Assembly: GCA_963815455.1 (NCBI GenBank)
Contig: CAWFGO010000003.1
Location: forward strand, 256,001 to 320,000
DNA length: 64,000 bases
Source of the DNA: an uncultured Verrucomicrobiae bacterium
GTDB lineage: Bacteria > Verrucomicrobiota > Verrucomicrobiia > Chthoniobacterales > UBA10450
Direction of reading: 5' to 3'
Shown here: one piece after another, positions 38,822-47,746 of the stretch
Numbering within the stretch: the first letter of the stretch is position 1
How the letters are laid out: every line of letters begins with the position of its first letter
Notes under the pieces: generated by a model
The model's database searches: none
Told to the model about the DNA's origin: nothing
What the model saw: only the letters and a program-made list of their open reading frames with translations
Position numbers and translations under genes: made by a program

Positions 38822-39448
38822 ATGCGGAAAATTCTGATCACCCTTTTCATCGTTATCGCGCTGGCCGCAACAGTGGCCATCCTATGGGTATCGACGGGAC
38901 GGCAGATATCGACGTATGTCGATCGGCTCCGGACGATCGAAGCTTCGTCAAATCCGATCACCTTGCTCATTTACGAAGGAAATGGGACTGGTGGAGCTGT
39001 TCTCGTAAACGATCTCCGCCTCAACCTTGACCCTGTCGATTCAAAAACGGCGGCGCCTCATGTTGGGACCACCAAGGAAAATGAACTCGCATTGTCGTTC
39101 GGCGGAAAAGTATTTCCGTTCGGACCGGTTCCGCCAGCACCGGAAAATGGCGAAGAAGTTTTGCGCGTGGCGCCGCAATCCGGCGACAACGCTTCGATGA
39201 CCATTAGCCACAGCGTGCTGGACTGGATCGAGCCGTTCAACCTCAACTTCATGACCGGCCAGTCGCCCTCCCGGAAACGGCACATCTATTATGAGCTCGG
39301 GTGGAAAAGATCGTCCGGCGCGACTCTGAAAATGCTTTGGCGATACGAGCAACACTTCCTGCCGGGCAGCGGCTGGGGTAGTGGATTCATGATCCGGGAA
39401 GGCGAATCCGGCCTGATTCGCATTGAAATATCGGACGAGAATCATTAA
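38822..39448 (+). CDS. Hypothetical membrane-anchored protein
   Basis: N-terminal TM, ~208 aa. Confidence 0.6.
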   Translation: MRKILITLFIVIALAATVAILWVSTGRQISTYVDRLRTIEASSNPITLLIYEGNGTGGAVLVNDLRLNLDPVDSKTAAPHVGTTKENELALSFGGKVFPFGPVPPAPENGEEVLRVAPQSGDNASMTISHSVLDWIEPFNLNFMTGQSPSRKRHIYYELGWKRSSGATLKMLWRYEQHFLPGSGWGSGFMIREGESGLIRIEISDENH

Positions 39449-39457
39449 GCCTGTTTC

Positions 39458-41063
39458 ATGCAGCATCGTGTGGCTGTTGCCGTTTCTGTCTCGGCCTTCA
39501 TGGCTCTTCTCGCTCTGGAATTGAGCGATTCCGCTCGGGCGGCGCCAAATTTAGGATCGGCACCTTCTGCCAGGATCGACATCGACCAGGTGCCGACATG
39601 GTCTCAGGACGACATGAATTTCTTTCTGCACGGTTCGATGAGCACCGAGGTCGTGCCGGAAAGCGTCCTGCGCGCGTTCATCAAGACCTATCCGGGACTG
39701 TTTCCGACTGAAGATCTCACCCATCTCGGGTTGATCCCCGACCCGGAATTTGGCTGGCCTATCGGATTCAGTCGCAAGCAAGAAGTCAAACATCTCGCCG
39801 GACTTTCCGCGGTTGGGATCAATTGCGCTTCGTGCCACGTCGCGCAAATCACTTCCAAGGCGTCCAACAAGCCGTTCCGGATTCTCGGCGCGACCAGTCA
39901 TTTCAACGTCGAAGGGTTCTTTGGTTCGATCATCGCAGCCACGTTCAAGACCGCGGACCCGGCTAACATGAAAAAATTTCTGGCCGCCTACGCCCAGGCG
40001 GATCCTAAGTACTTCGAAAAGGTCTGGCAAAAACAGGAAGAGAACATTGCCGCCGAAATGAAAGCCGATCCTTTTGGATCAAAGGACATTGCCCCAGGCG
40101 ATTTGCACGAGATCAACGGTGGCACTCTCTACCTGGATCAATATGCGCTGGAACACGATGTCGATCTTGCAGCGTCGGCGCATGAGATGTTGAAATTATT
40201 TCACAACATGCGCGCCGCGCTGCACGTGCCCGATAAACCGCCGGCCAAAGCGCCGCCCGCGTCCGGCCCAGGACGAAATGACGCCTTCGGTCTGCTCGTC
40301 GGCGAGTTTGCTTCACAAGCCCCAGCCGTATTCGCCGATCAAATTTGGTCTGGTTTGGAACATCGATCAGCGCACTTGGGTGCACTGGGACGGAAACACG
40401 AAATCGCCGATCGCTCGCAATCTGCTCGCGTCACTTGGACTCGGCGCGCCCATGCATGGAAAACACGCCGACCTCGAATTCGCCATGGTGAAACGACAAA
40501 CCGACATATCGGAAGCCATCCGGCCGCCGAAGTATCCGTTCGATGTCGATGCTGCGGCGGCCAAGCGCGGCGGTGCGCATTTTGTAGCGAAATGCGCGTC
40601 ATGCCATGCCAGTCCCGAAAGCGACAAGAGGTTGTACCCAGTCGCGGAAGTTGGGACCGATCCGCATCGGGCCGAAATGTTCACCCAGGAACTGGCTGAC
40701 GGGTTCAACAAATTTCTGGCGGACCTTGAAGCAGACGGCTACGAGCCACCGAAGGATGACGGGGTCCGCAGCACTGGAAAATATTGGGCCGCCACGCTGA
40801 ACGGAGTCTGGGCGCGCTCGCCCTATTTGCACAACGGTTCCGTCCGCACAATGCGCGAACTGCTGACGTCGCCGGCTGAACGCTCCAAGACGTTCCATCG
40901 CGGCTCCCGCACGTTCGACGAGAAAGAAATGGGCTACACCGATGAAGGCGCTTATGTGCTCGACACAAACCTGCCTGGCAATTCCAACTCCGGTCACAAT
41001 TACGGGACAGAATTGTCGGCCGATCAAAAGCGCGATCTAATCGAATACCTCAAAACGCTCTAG
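39458..41063 (+). CDS. Di-heme cytochrome c, RoxA/peroxidase-like; frameshift near 40300
   Basis: Two CASCH motifs, 'GPGRND', 'GVWARSPYLHNGSV', 'GNSNSGH'. Confidence 0.75.
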
Positions 41064-41072
41064 AGGCTGATC

Positions 41073-41212
41073 CTGTCATCCTGAGCGGAGCGAAGGACCC
41101 CGCGATAGAAGGGTCACGCGTGCGAGCAAGCAAGCGTTCACTACCCGAGCTGGTTCCCGAACGTTGTCTTCGGCAGCGAGATCCCTCGCGTCTGCGCGAC
41201 TCGGGATGACAG
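41073..41212. repeat. Palindrome family C, copy 3
   Basis: ctgtcatcctgagcggagcgaagga ... ctcgggatgacag. Confidence 0.8.
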
Positions 41213-41222
41213 AACAACGGGC

Positions 41223-42287
41223 CTAACGACCCAGCCATTCCGCTAGCTTCTTCTTCAATTCATCGATCCCCTGCCCCTTCGCAGCCGAGACAGCGACGAT
41301 GTCGATCTTGGGAAAGCGTTTTCGAAGCGTCTTGAGATTTTCGTCCGCGCCCGGCAAATCCATTTTGTTCGCGACGATAAACCACGGACGCGATGAAAGT
41401 GTCGAATCGTACAGATCGATTTCGCGCCGCAGTTGTTGCAAATCCTCAACCGGCGATCGCTCTTCGCTTCCGGCTGCATCAAGAACGAATAACAAAATCC
41501 GGCAGCGCGTGATATGCCGCAAAAATTCGTGCCCCAATCCGCGGCCTTGGTGTGCGCCTTCGATCAGACCCGGAATATCGGCAATCGTTGCTCGTCGATA
41601 AGCGGAAAATTCCACCACGCCGATTATCGGATGCAGCGTCGTGAACGGATAGGCCGCCACTTTCGGACGTGCCGCCGAAATATTTCTGAGCAAAGTCGAT
41701 TTACCCGCATTCGGATAACCAACAAGGCCGGCATCGGCGATCGTGCGCAGTTCGAGAAGGAAGTGCCCCTGATCGCCTTCATCGCCTTCGGTGTATTCAC
41801 GTGGCGCGCGATTACGCGAGTTCTTGAAATGCACATTTCCCTTTCCACCCTTCCCGCCATGACAAAGAAGAAAGTCCTGCCCATCCTGGGTAAGATCGGC
41901 AATCGGTTTGATTTTCGATGACGGCCCGTCCGGATCGGACCGATCTTCGATTTGTTGCATCACCTCCCCAGCCGTTGGACGCTGTCCCTCTGCTGTTTCC
42001 CACACGATCGTTCCCACCGGGACCTTCACAACCTTCGGCGGTGCCGCGCGCCCATGCATTTTCTTGCCCATCCCGTGCCCGCCGTTCCTGGCTTTGATGA
42101 TCGGCTCGTAGAACAGATTGGAAAGATTATCGGTGTGCCGATCCGCGCGCAGAATCACGTCGCCGCCCCGCCCGCCATCACCGCCATCGGGTCCGCCTTT
42201 CGGGACATATTTCTCCCGCCGAAAGCTTACACACCCGCGGCCGCCGCTGCCGGCTTGGGCGAAAACTTTGATTCGATCGACAAACAT
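41223..42287 (-). CDS. obgE: GTPase ObgE/CgtA
   Basis: 'MFVD', Gly-rich Obg fold, 'GYPNAGKS', 'DIPG', 'NKMD'. Confidence 0.97.
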   Translation of the reverse strand: MFVDRIKVFAQAGSGGRGCVSFRREKYVPKGGPDGGDGGRGGDVILRADRHTDNLSNLFYEPIIKARNGGHGMGKKMHGRAAPPKVVKVPVGTIVWETAEGQRPTAGEVMQQIEDRSDPDGPSSKIKPIADLTQDGQDFLLCHGGKGGKGNVHFKNSRNRAPREYTEGDEGDQGHFLLELRTIADAGLVGYPNAGKSTLLRNISAARPKVAAYPFTTLHPIIGVVEFSAYRRATIADIPGLIEGAHQGRGLGHEFLRHITRCRILLFVLDAAGSEERSPVEDLQQLRREIDLYDSTLSSRPWFIVANKMDLPGADENLKTLRKRFPKIDIVAVSAAKGQGIDELKKKLAEWLGR

Positions 42288-42325
42288 GGTGTTGCTCCGA
42301 CTGAAGCTGCCATCTTAGCTCAACG

Positions 42326-42458
42326 CTGTCATCCCGAGCGGAGGGAGGGACCTCACAGTCGAAGCCAACCGGGTCGAACCAACACTGAAGCTTGATCGTC
42401 TTGTTGGTGTCGAGCGTTGATCTTACTCGCGAGATCCTTCGCTTCGCTCAGGATGACG
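42326..42458. repeat. Palindrome family C, copy 4
   Basis: ctgtcatcccgagc ... gagatccttcgcttcgctcaggatgacg. Confidence 0.8.
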
Positions 42459-42491
42459 GATTGCAATTCGAGCGACGGCCAGAGACCGCCG

Positions 42492-43691
42492 CTACAGAAG
42501 CGACTCGTAAAGCGCGATGGTTTTCTTCGCGATCGCCGGCCAACCGAAATTTTCCTCGGCCCGTTTACGGCCGGCTTTCCCAAATTTTTCCCGGAGTTGT
42601 CGATCCTTCATTAATTGATTGATCCGCGCGGCCAGGTCGCGCGCGAATTTCTCCGGATTAGTCGGCACGAATGGACTCTCCTTCATTTGCTCGAGTGGAA
42701 CCAGAAACCCGGTCTCCCCATCGACAACCACTTCCTTGATCCCGCCGACCGCGCTCGCCACCACCGCCGTTTCGCAGGCCATCGCTTCCAGGTTGATAAT
42801 CCCGAACGGCTCGTAAACCGACGGACAACAAAAGACTGCCGCGTGCGAATAAAGCTCGGAAGTCGTCTTGCGATCGAGCATTTCGTCGATCCAAATAATG
42901 CCCGGTCGCTGTTTTTTTGCGCGATCGACGGCGACCTTCATTTCTTTTTCGATCTCTGGCGTGTCGGGTGCCGCGGCGCAAAGCACGATTTGAAAATCAG
43001 GGTCCATGAATTGGATCGCATCGACCAGATTGGTAATTCCTTTCTGCCGGGTGATCCGGCCCACGAAGAGTAAATACGGTTTATCGGGATCGATGCCGAA
43101 ACGTTGGAGCGCCGCGGTGGAATCGATTTTTCGATACTCATCGAGATCGATGCCGTTGTGGATGACGTGAACCCGCGCAGGATCGACATTGAACAAACGC
43201 TCGATGTCGTTCTTGGTTTCGCCGGACACAGCGATGATCGCGTCCGCCATTTCCAGCGCCGTTTTCTCCACCCAAAGAGAAAAATCGTAACCGCCGCCGA
43301 GCTGCTCGCGTTTCCAAGGCCGGAGCGGCTCGAGCGAGTGAACGGTGATCACCAATGGTATTCCGTAATTCTTTTTCGCCAGGATCCCGCCGAAATGACT
43401 GTACCAGGTGTGACAATGAGCGAAGTTGGCGTCGATGTTGGTGGTATTAAAGTCGATGCAGCGGCGTACCGCACCGAACGCCGACTGCAACGGCTTCGGA
43501 CAAGTGAAATTGCTCGGGTCGACTTCGAATCCGGTGACCTTGAGATTTTCCTTCTCGAATCGCTGCTCGCCAAAGCAACGCACTTCCACCGGCATCGTCT
43601 TGGCCAGCTCGCGGGAGAGATAGTCGACGTGAACACCCGCGCCGCCGTAAATGTGCGGCGGATATTCGTTGGTGAGGAAAAGCGCCTTCAC
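42492..43691 (-). CDS. glgA: GT4 glycogen synthase, actinobacterial GlgA/GlgM type
   Basis: 'EYPPHIYGGAGVHV', 'HSLEPLRPWKREQLGGGY', 'EPFGIINLEAM'. Confidence 0.9.
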   Translation of the reverse strand: MKALFLTNEYPPHIYGGAGVHVDYLSRELAKTMPVEVRCFGEQRFEKENLKVTGFEVDPSNFTCPKPLQSAFGAVRRCIDFNTTNIDANFAHCHTWYSHFGGILAKKNYGIPLVITVHSLEPLRPWKREQLGGGYDFSLWVEKTALEMADAIIAVSGETKNDIERLFNVDPARVHVIHNGIDLDEYRKIDSTAALQRFGIDPDKPYLLFVGRITRQKGITNLVDAIQFMDPDFQIVLCAAAPDTPEIEKEMKVAVDRAKKQRPGIIWIDEMLDRKTTSELYSHAAVFCCPSVYEPFGIINLEAMACETAVVASAVGGIKEVVVDGETGFLVPLEQMKESPFVPTNPEKFARDLAARINQLMKDRQLREKFGKAGRKRAEENFGWPAIAKKTIALYESLL

Positions 43692-43727
43692 GTTTGTCTT
43701 AGTAAGCGTGGCGGCCAAATGGAGCAA

Positions 43728-43816
43728 GGTGGATCGAGCGCTCCGTCGCTCGATGCTAAATAATGTCGGCGCAGCCGAGTAGATTCTAACATCGCCCGCG
43801 GAGCGGCCGATCCACC
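43728..43816. repeat. REP/MITE-like family A, copy 4
   Basis: ggtggatcgagc...gcggccgatccacc. Confidence 0.85.
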
Positions 43817-43832
43817 ACTCCGAGCCGCCTAC

Positions 43833-44258
43833 CTAGTTCTTCACTTTCAGCAACAACACCGGCACCTCCACTCCATGACGCACTTTGTCCGCGGTCGCGC
43901 CGTAAAGAATATCGCTAATCAATCGGTGCCCGTGCGTTGTCATCGCGATAAGATCAATATCTTTTTCACTGGCAAGCTTGATGATCTCGTCGGACGGTTC
44001 GCCGAGCGCGAGCACCGCGTCACAGGCAAAACCCTCGGCGGTCAACTCCCGGCTCCGTTCCTCCAAATAGGCGCGGTCCTTCTTCATCTCTTCGCTCTCA
44101 GCCAGTTTGAGCTGATCAAAATTTCGCGCGACCCAGCCATCGGAAACGTGGACCAGAAGCAGCTTCGCTCCGGTCATGCGAGCCAGCGGTTTAATGTGTC
44201 CCAGAATGGTTTCGTCCGCCGGAGTGTTTTCGAGAGGAATGAGAATGTGTTTATACAT
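43833..44258 (-). CDS. Universal stress protein
   Basis: 'MYKHILIP', 'DLIAMTTHG', 'PVLLLK'. Confidence 0.9.
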   Translation of the reverse strand: MYKHILIPLENTPADETILGHIKPLARMTGAKLLLVHVSDGWVARNFDQLKLAESEEMKKDRAYLEERSRELTAEGFACDAVLALGEPSDEIIKLASEKDIDLIAMTTHGHRLISDILYGATADKVRHGVEVPVLLLKVKN

Positions 44259-44266
44259 GGCAATGT

Positions 44267-45679
44267 TTATTCCGGCGCCGGCAGGCCCAGCGTGCCATAG
44301 ACAGCTTTGAGCACGGACCCAGGCATGAAAATGTCGAAAAGGAGTTTCACGTTCAGCACGATGATGATCGTGGCGGTAATCCAGCCAAGCAATTTTATCC
44401 AAATCGGATTAACAAACTCGCCCATCTTCTGCTTTTCGCCCGTAAACCGCATGAGCGGCCAGACGGCGAAGCCCAGTTGCATGCTTAGCACCACCTGACT
44501 GGCCACGAGCAGTTCCGTGGTCTTACCCTCACCGAAAATGGCGATGACCAGCACCGCGGGAACAATTGCAATGAGCCGCGTAATCAATCGGCGCACCCAG
44601 GGCGTGATCCGAAAATTGAGAAAGCCTTCCATCACAATCTGGCCAGCCAGGGTGCCGGTCAGAGTCGAATTCTGTCCCGAGGCCAGCAATGCGATGGCAA
44701 ACAGAGCGCTGGCGACACCCACGCCCAGCAGCGGGCTCAACAATTTGTAGGCGTCCTGAATTTCTGCGACTTCCTGGTGCCCCGACCAGTGAAAAGCCGC
44801 TGCGGACAAGATCAGGATCGCCGCATTGATAAACAAGGCGAACATGAGCGCCCCGGTCGAATCGATGGTGGCAAACTTAATCGCTTCCCGCCGGCCACCG
44901 GGCGTTTGCTCGAACTTGCGGGTCTGCACAATGGATGAATGGAGGTAAAGATTATGCGGCATGACCGTAGCGCCCAGGATGCCGATGCTGACGTAGAGCA
45001 TTCCCTGGTTTGCCACAATGTGCGGGCCGGGAACAAATCCGAGCATGACACCAGCCAAGCTAGGCTTGGAAAAGAAAAGCTCTGCGGCGAAGCAGCTGCC
45101 GATGGTCGCGATGAGGGTGATAACAATCGCTTCGATATAACGAAAGCCTTTGTTCTGGAGATATAAAACCAGCAGCACATCCGAAGCAGTGATCAGACAG
45201 CCCCAGACCAGCGGAATGCCGAACAGCAGCTGTAAACCAATGGCGGATCCGACCACTTCCGCCAAGTCGCAGGCGGCAATGGCGATCTCGCAAAGAATCC
45301 AGAGAAACCAAACCGTGGGAATTGAATAATGATCACGACAGGCCTGGGCCAGGTCGCGCCCCGTAGCGACGCCCAGCTTGATGCACAAATGCTGGAGCAG
45401 GATTGCCATCATGTTCGAGATCATAATGACGGCCAGCAGCGAATAACCGAACCGAGCGCCACCGGCCAGATCGGTGGCCCAATTGCCCGGGTCCATGTAA
45501 CCGACCGCCACCAAAAATCCCGGCCCGGAAAACGCCGCCAGCTTCCGCCAGAACGAAGCGGTAGTCGGTACCACGATGCTCCGGTGAACTTCGGGAAGCG
45601 AAACTTGCCCGGTGCTTCTGCGCCAGACGCCTTCAGCCACTTCCGGTCTTGTCAGATCTATGTCGTCCAATGGAGCCAC
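44267..45679 (-). CDS. mntH: Nramp divalent metal (Mn2+) transporter
   Basis: 'YMDPGNW', 'MPHNLYLHS'. Confidence 0.95.
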   Translation of the reverse strand: MAPLDDIDLTRPEVAEGVWRRSTGQVSLPEVHRSIVVPTTASFWRKLAAFSGPGFLVAVGYMDPGNWATDLAGGARFGYSLLAVIMISNMMAILLQHLCIKLGVATGRDLAQACRDHYSIPTVWFLWILCEIAIAACDLAEVVGSAIGLQLLFGIPLVWGCLITASDVLLVLYLQNKGFRYIEAIVITLIATIGSCFAAELFFSKPSLAGVMLGFVPGPHIVANQGMLYVSIGILGATVMPHNLYLHSSIVQTRKFEQTPGGRREAIKFATIDSTGALMFALFINAAILILSAAAFHWSGHQEVAEIQDAYKLLSPLLGVGVASALFAIALLASGQNSTLTGTLAGQIVMEGFLNFRITPWVRRLITRLIAIVPAVLVIAIFGEGKTTELLVASQVVLSMQLGFAVWPLMRFTGEKQKMGEFVNPIWIKLLGWITATIIIVLNVKLLFDIFMPGSVLKAVYGTLGLPAPE

Positions 45680-45683
45680 GCGG

Positions 45684-45701
45684 ATTTAGGTAAGACTAAA
45701 T
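45684..45701. promoter_or_regulatory. Putative DtxR/MntR operator
   Basis: Palindrome atttag-gtaaga-ctaaat in the AT-rich mntH/mntR divergent spacer. Confidence 0.65.
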
Positions 45702-45782
45702 TAGTTATATCTGGACATGAGTCTGTCAATTTAAAAATAATTATTTGTTTGACTAATCTTGCCGCCATTTTATTTTCCGGCC

Positions 45783-46223
45783 GTGCCACGCAAAAAAAAG
45801 AATGCGCATTCGGCTTTGGGCAGTTCGGCCGCGGTCGAGGATTATCTGGAGCGAATCCTCGAGTTGATTAATTCCAAGGGATACGCCCGGGTCGTCGATA
45901 TCGCTGCGGCATTGAAAATTTCGCAGGCCAGCGTGACCAACATGGTCCAGCGCCTCGATGCCGAAGGCCTTCTCAAATACGAAAAGTACCGGGGGCTGAT
46001 TTTAACCGCGGCCGGCAAGAACCTCGCCCAAAAGATCGCGCACCGGCACAAGCTTCTAACCGATTTTCTAACCCTGCTGGGCCTCGACGAGCGCGTGATC
46101 TATCACGATGTCGAAGGAATGGAACATCACATTAGCCCCCCCACTCTCCGGGCGATCGCGGCGCTTATCGCCCAACTGCGCAAACGGCCGGCGTTGCGGG
46201 CGCAATTAGCGAGAGCGGCATAA
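45783..46223 (+). CDS. mntR: DtxR/MntR family metal-dependent regulator
   Basis: 'EDYLERI', 'RHKLL', 'EGMEH'. Confidence 0.9.
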   Translation: MPRKKKNAHSALGSSAAVEDYLERILELINSKGYARVVDIAAALKISQASVTNMVQRLDAEGLLKYEKYRGLILTAAGKNLAQKIAHRHKLLTDFLTLLGLDERVIYHDVEGMEHHISPPTLRAIAALIAQLRKRPALRAQLARAA

Positions 46224-46352
46224 GTTTCGGCATGCTCACACCTTTCTGCCAGGTGGATCGCGATCTCCGAGCGCGATGATAAACACATGTCGGCGGAGCC
46301 GATCAAAAATGGCATCGCCCGCGGCTACAACTAGCAGTCGCCCCAATCCGCG

Positions 46353-46538
46353 TTATCCGCGATTGCATTCAAAATCGACAATCTCCCCGGGACGGCTACG
46401 AATCACGAGCATGATCGGGCGACAACAGACTGTGCAGTCTTCGATCAGCTCCTGCTCGGGCTCGGATGTATCGATCTGAATCGGGAAGTTTTCTCCGCAA
46501 TGCGGGCAGGTGATGTCGGTCGGGACAATGAGATCCAT
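46353..46538 (-). CDS. CPXCG-motif cysteine-rich protein
   Basis: 'CPHCGE...EDCTVCCRP'. Confidence 0.85.
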   Translation of the reverse strand: MDLIVPTDITCPHCGENFPIQIDTSEPEQELIEDCTVCCRPIMLVIRSRPGEIVDFECNRG

Positions 46539-47087
46539 TGGGTATTGACGGTTTAATGCCGGATGTTTGCAAACGAGCCGACGGCGACACAGCCCTCTAG
46601 GGGATTGGCTGCGCGGATGCTCGCCTCTGGTCATTGAGCTTCGCTTGGGACCCTTGCGCCTGAAGCCACCCACCAGTTCGCCTTCGGACGAATCCGTCCC
46701 GTGGCGGATCGAACAAGATTCTCATCCCCAAGTGCTCCACAATTTCTGCCGAAGTTCTGGAGCCTAGCCCGTTCACTCCCCTTTTGTCATTTACGGCTAA
46801 TTTCGGCCGAAACGGCCACCGAAAAGTCTGATTTCCTTGGCTCGCCGTAGCCTTGCGCGAAGGCGGCTCCTGGGACGAACCCGATCCACCACCCTTTTTG
46901 ACATTCGCCCGATAACGCCGCGTAAAATCCGCCAAATTTCGGAAGTTTTGCCAGTTACGGACCCTTCATTTGATACCCTTCTGGCACCGCGCGGCTGACG
47001 GACTTCGGGCTCGCCCACGTTCACAAAGCTGAGCTCCTAAAGTGAAGCCAATTTCGCGCGGCAGCCCGCGCTGAGTGACGATCGTGA

Positions 47088-47741
47088 TCACGCCTCGATG
47101 ATATTGTTACGAATCGCATAGCGAACCAACGGCGCGAAAGAGGTGATGTCGAGCTTGCGCATCAACGTAGCGCGATGCGTTTCGACCGTGCGACTACTGA
47201 TGCCGAGGGAACTCGCGATTTCTTTGTTGCTGAGACCTTCGGCCAGAAGCCGCACAATCTCTCGCTCTCGCGCAGTCAGCGAATGCCCCGGGCGGGAGTG
47301 TTTTTTACAGGAATCGGCCGAAAAGAATTTCGCGAAAAGAATCTTGGAAATTTCGGGCGTAAAAAACGGCTTATGTTCTGCAAGTGATTTGATTGCGGCG
47401 ACCAAGTGCCGACCGGCATCAGATTTTTGAATGTAACTTTTGGCTCCCGCCTCGAAGAGTTGCGCGATCACCTCTTCCGAGTGATGCGCGCTGAAGATCA
47501 TGACTTCTGTATTCGGTAGCGCACGCTTGATTCGGCGTAAAGCCTCGAGCCCGCTAAGCTTCGGCATGGCCATGTCCAAAATAACCACTTCGGGCTTTAG
47601 TTTCCTTGCCATTTCGACCGCCTCCTGGCCATTTATTGCGATTCCGCAGACTTCCCAGCCAGGCTCATGCTCGATCAATGCCCGCATGCCCTCGCGCACT
47701 ACTTCGTGATCGTCAGCGATGAGGATTCGCAAAGGACGCAT
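47088..47741 (-). CDS. NarL/LuxR family response regulator
   Basis: REC 'ILIADDH' + LuxR HTH. Confidence 0.93.
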   Translation of the reverse strand: MRPLRILIADDHEVVREGMRALIEHEPGWEVCGIAINGQEAVEMARKLKPEVVILDMAMPKLSGLEALRRIKRALPNTEVMIFSAHHSEEVIAQLFEAGAKSYIQKSDAGRHLVAAIKSLAEHKPFFTPEISKILFAKFFSADSCKKHSRPGHSLTAREREIVRLLAEGLSNKEIASSLGISSRTVETHRATLMRKLDITSFAPLVRYAIRNNIIEA

Positions 47742-47746
47742 CCTGT

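Noticed and set aside
46600..46730. tmRNA or glycine riboswitch assignment
   Set aside because: There is no tmRNA-like 3' end at the expected distance, and the GGAGA element of the glycine aptamer is missing. Kept only as an unassigned candidate.
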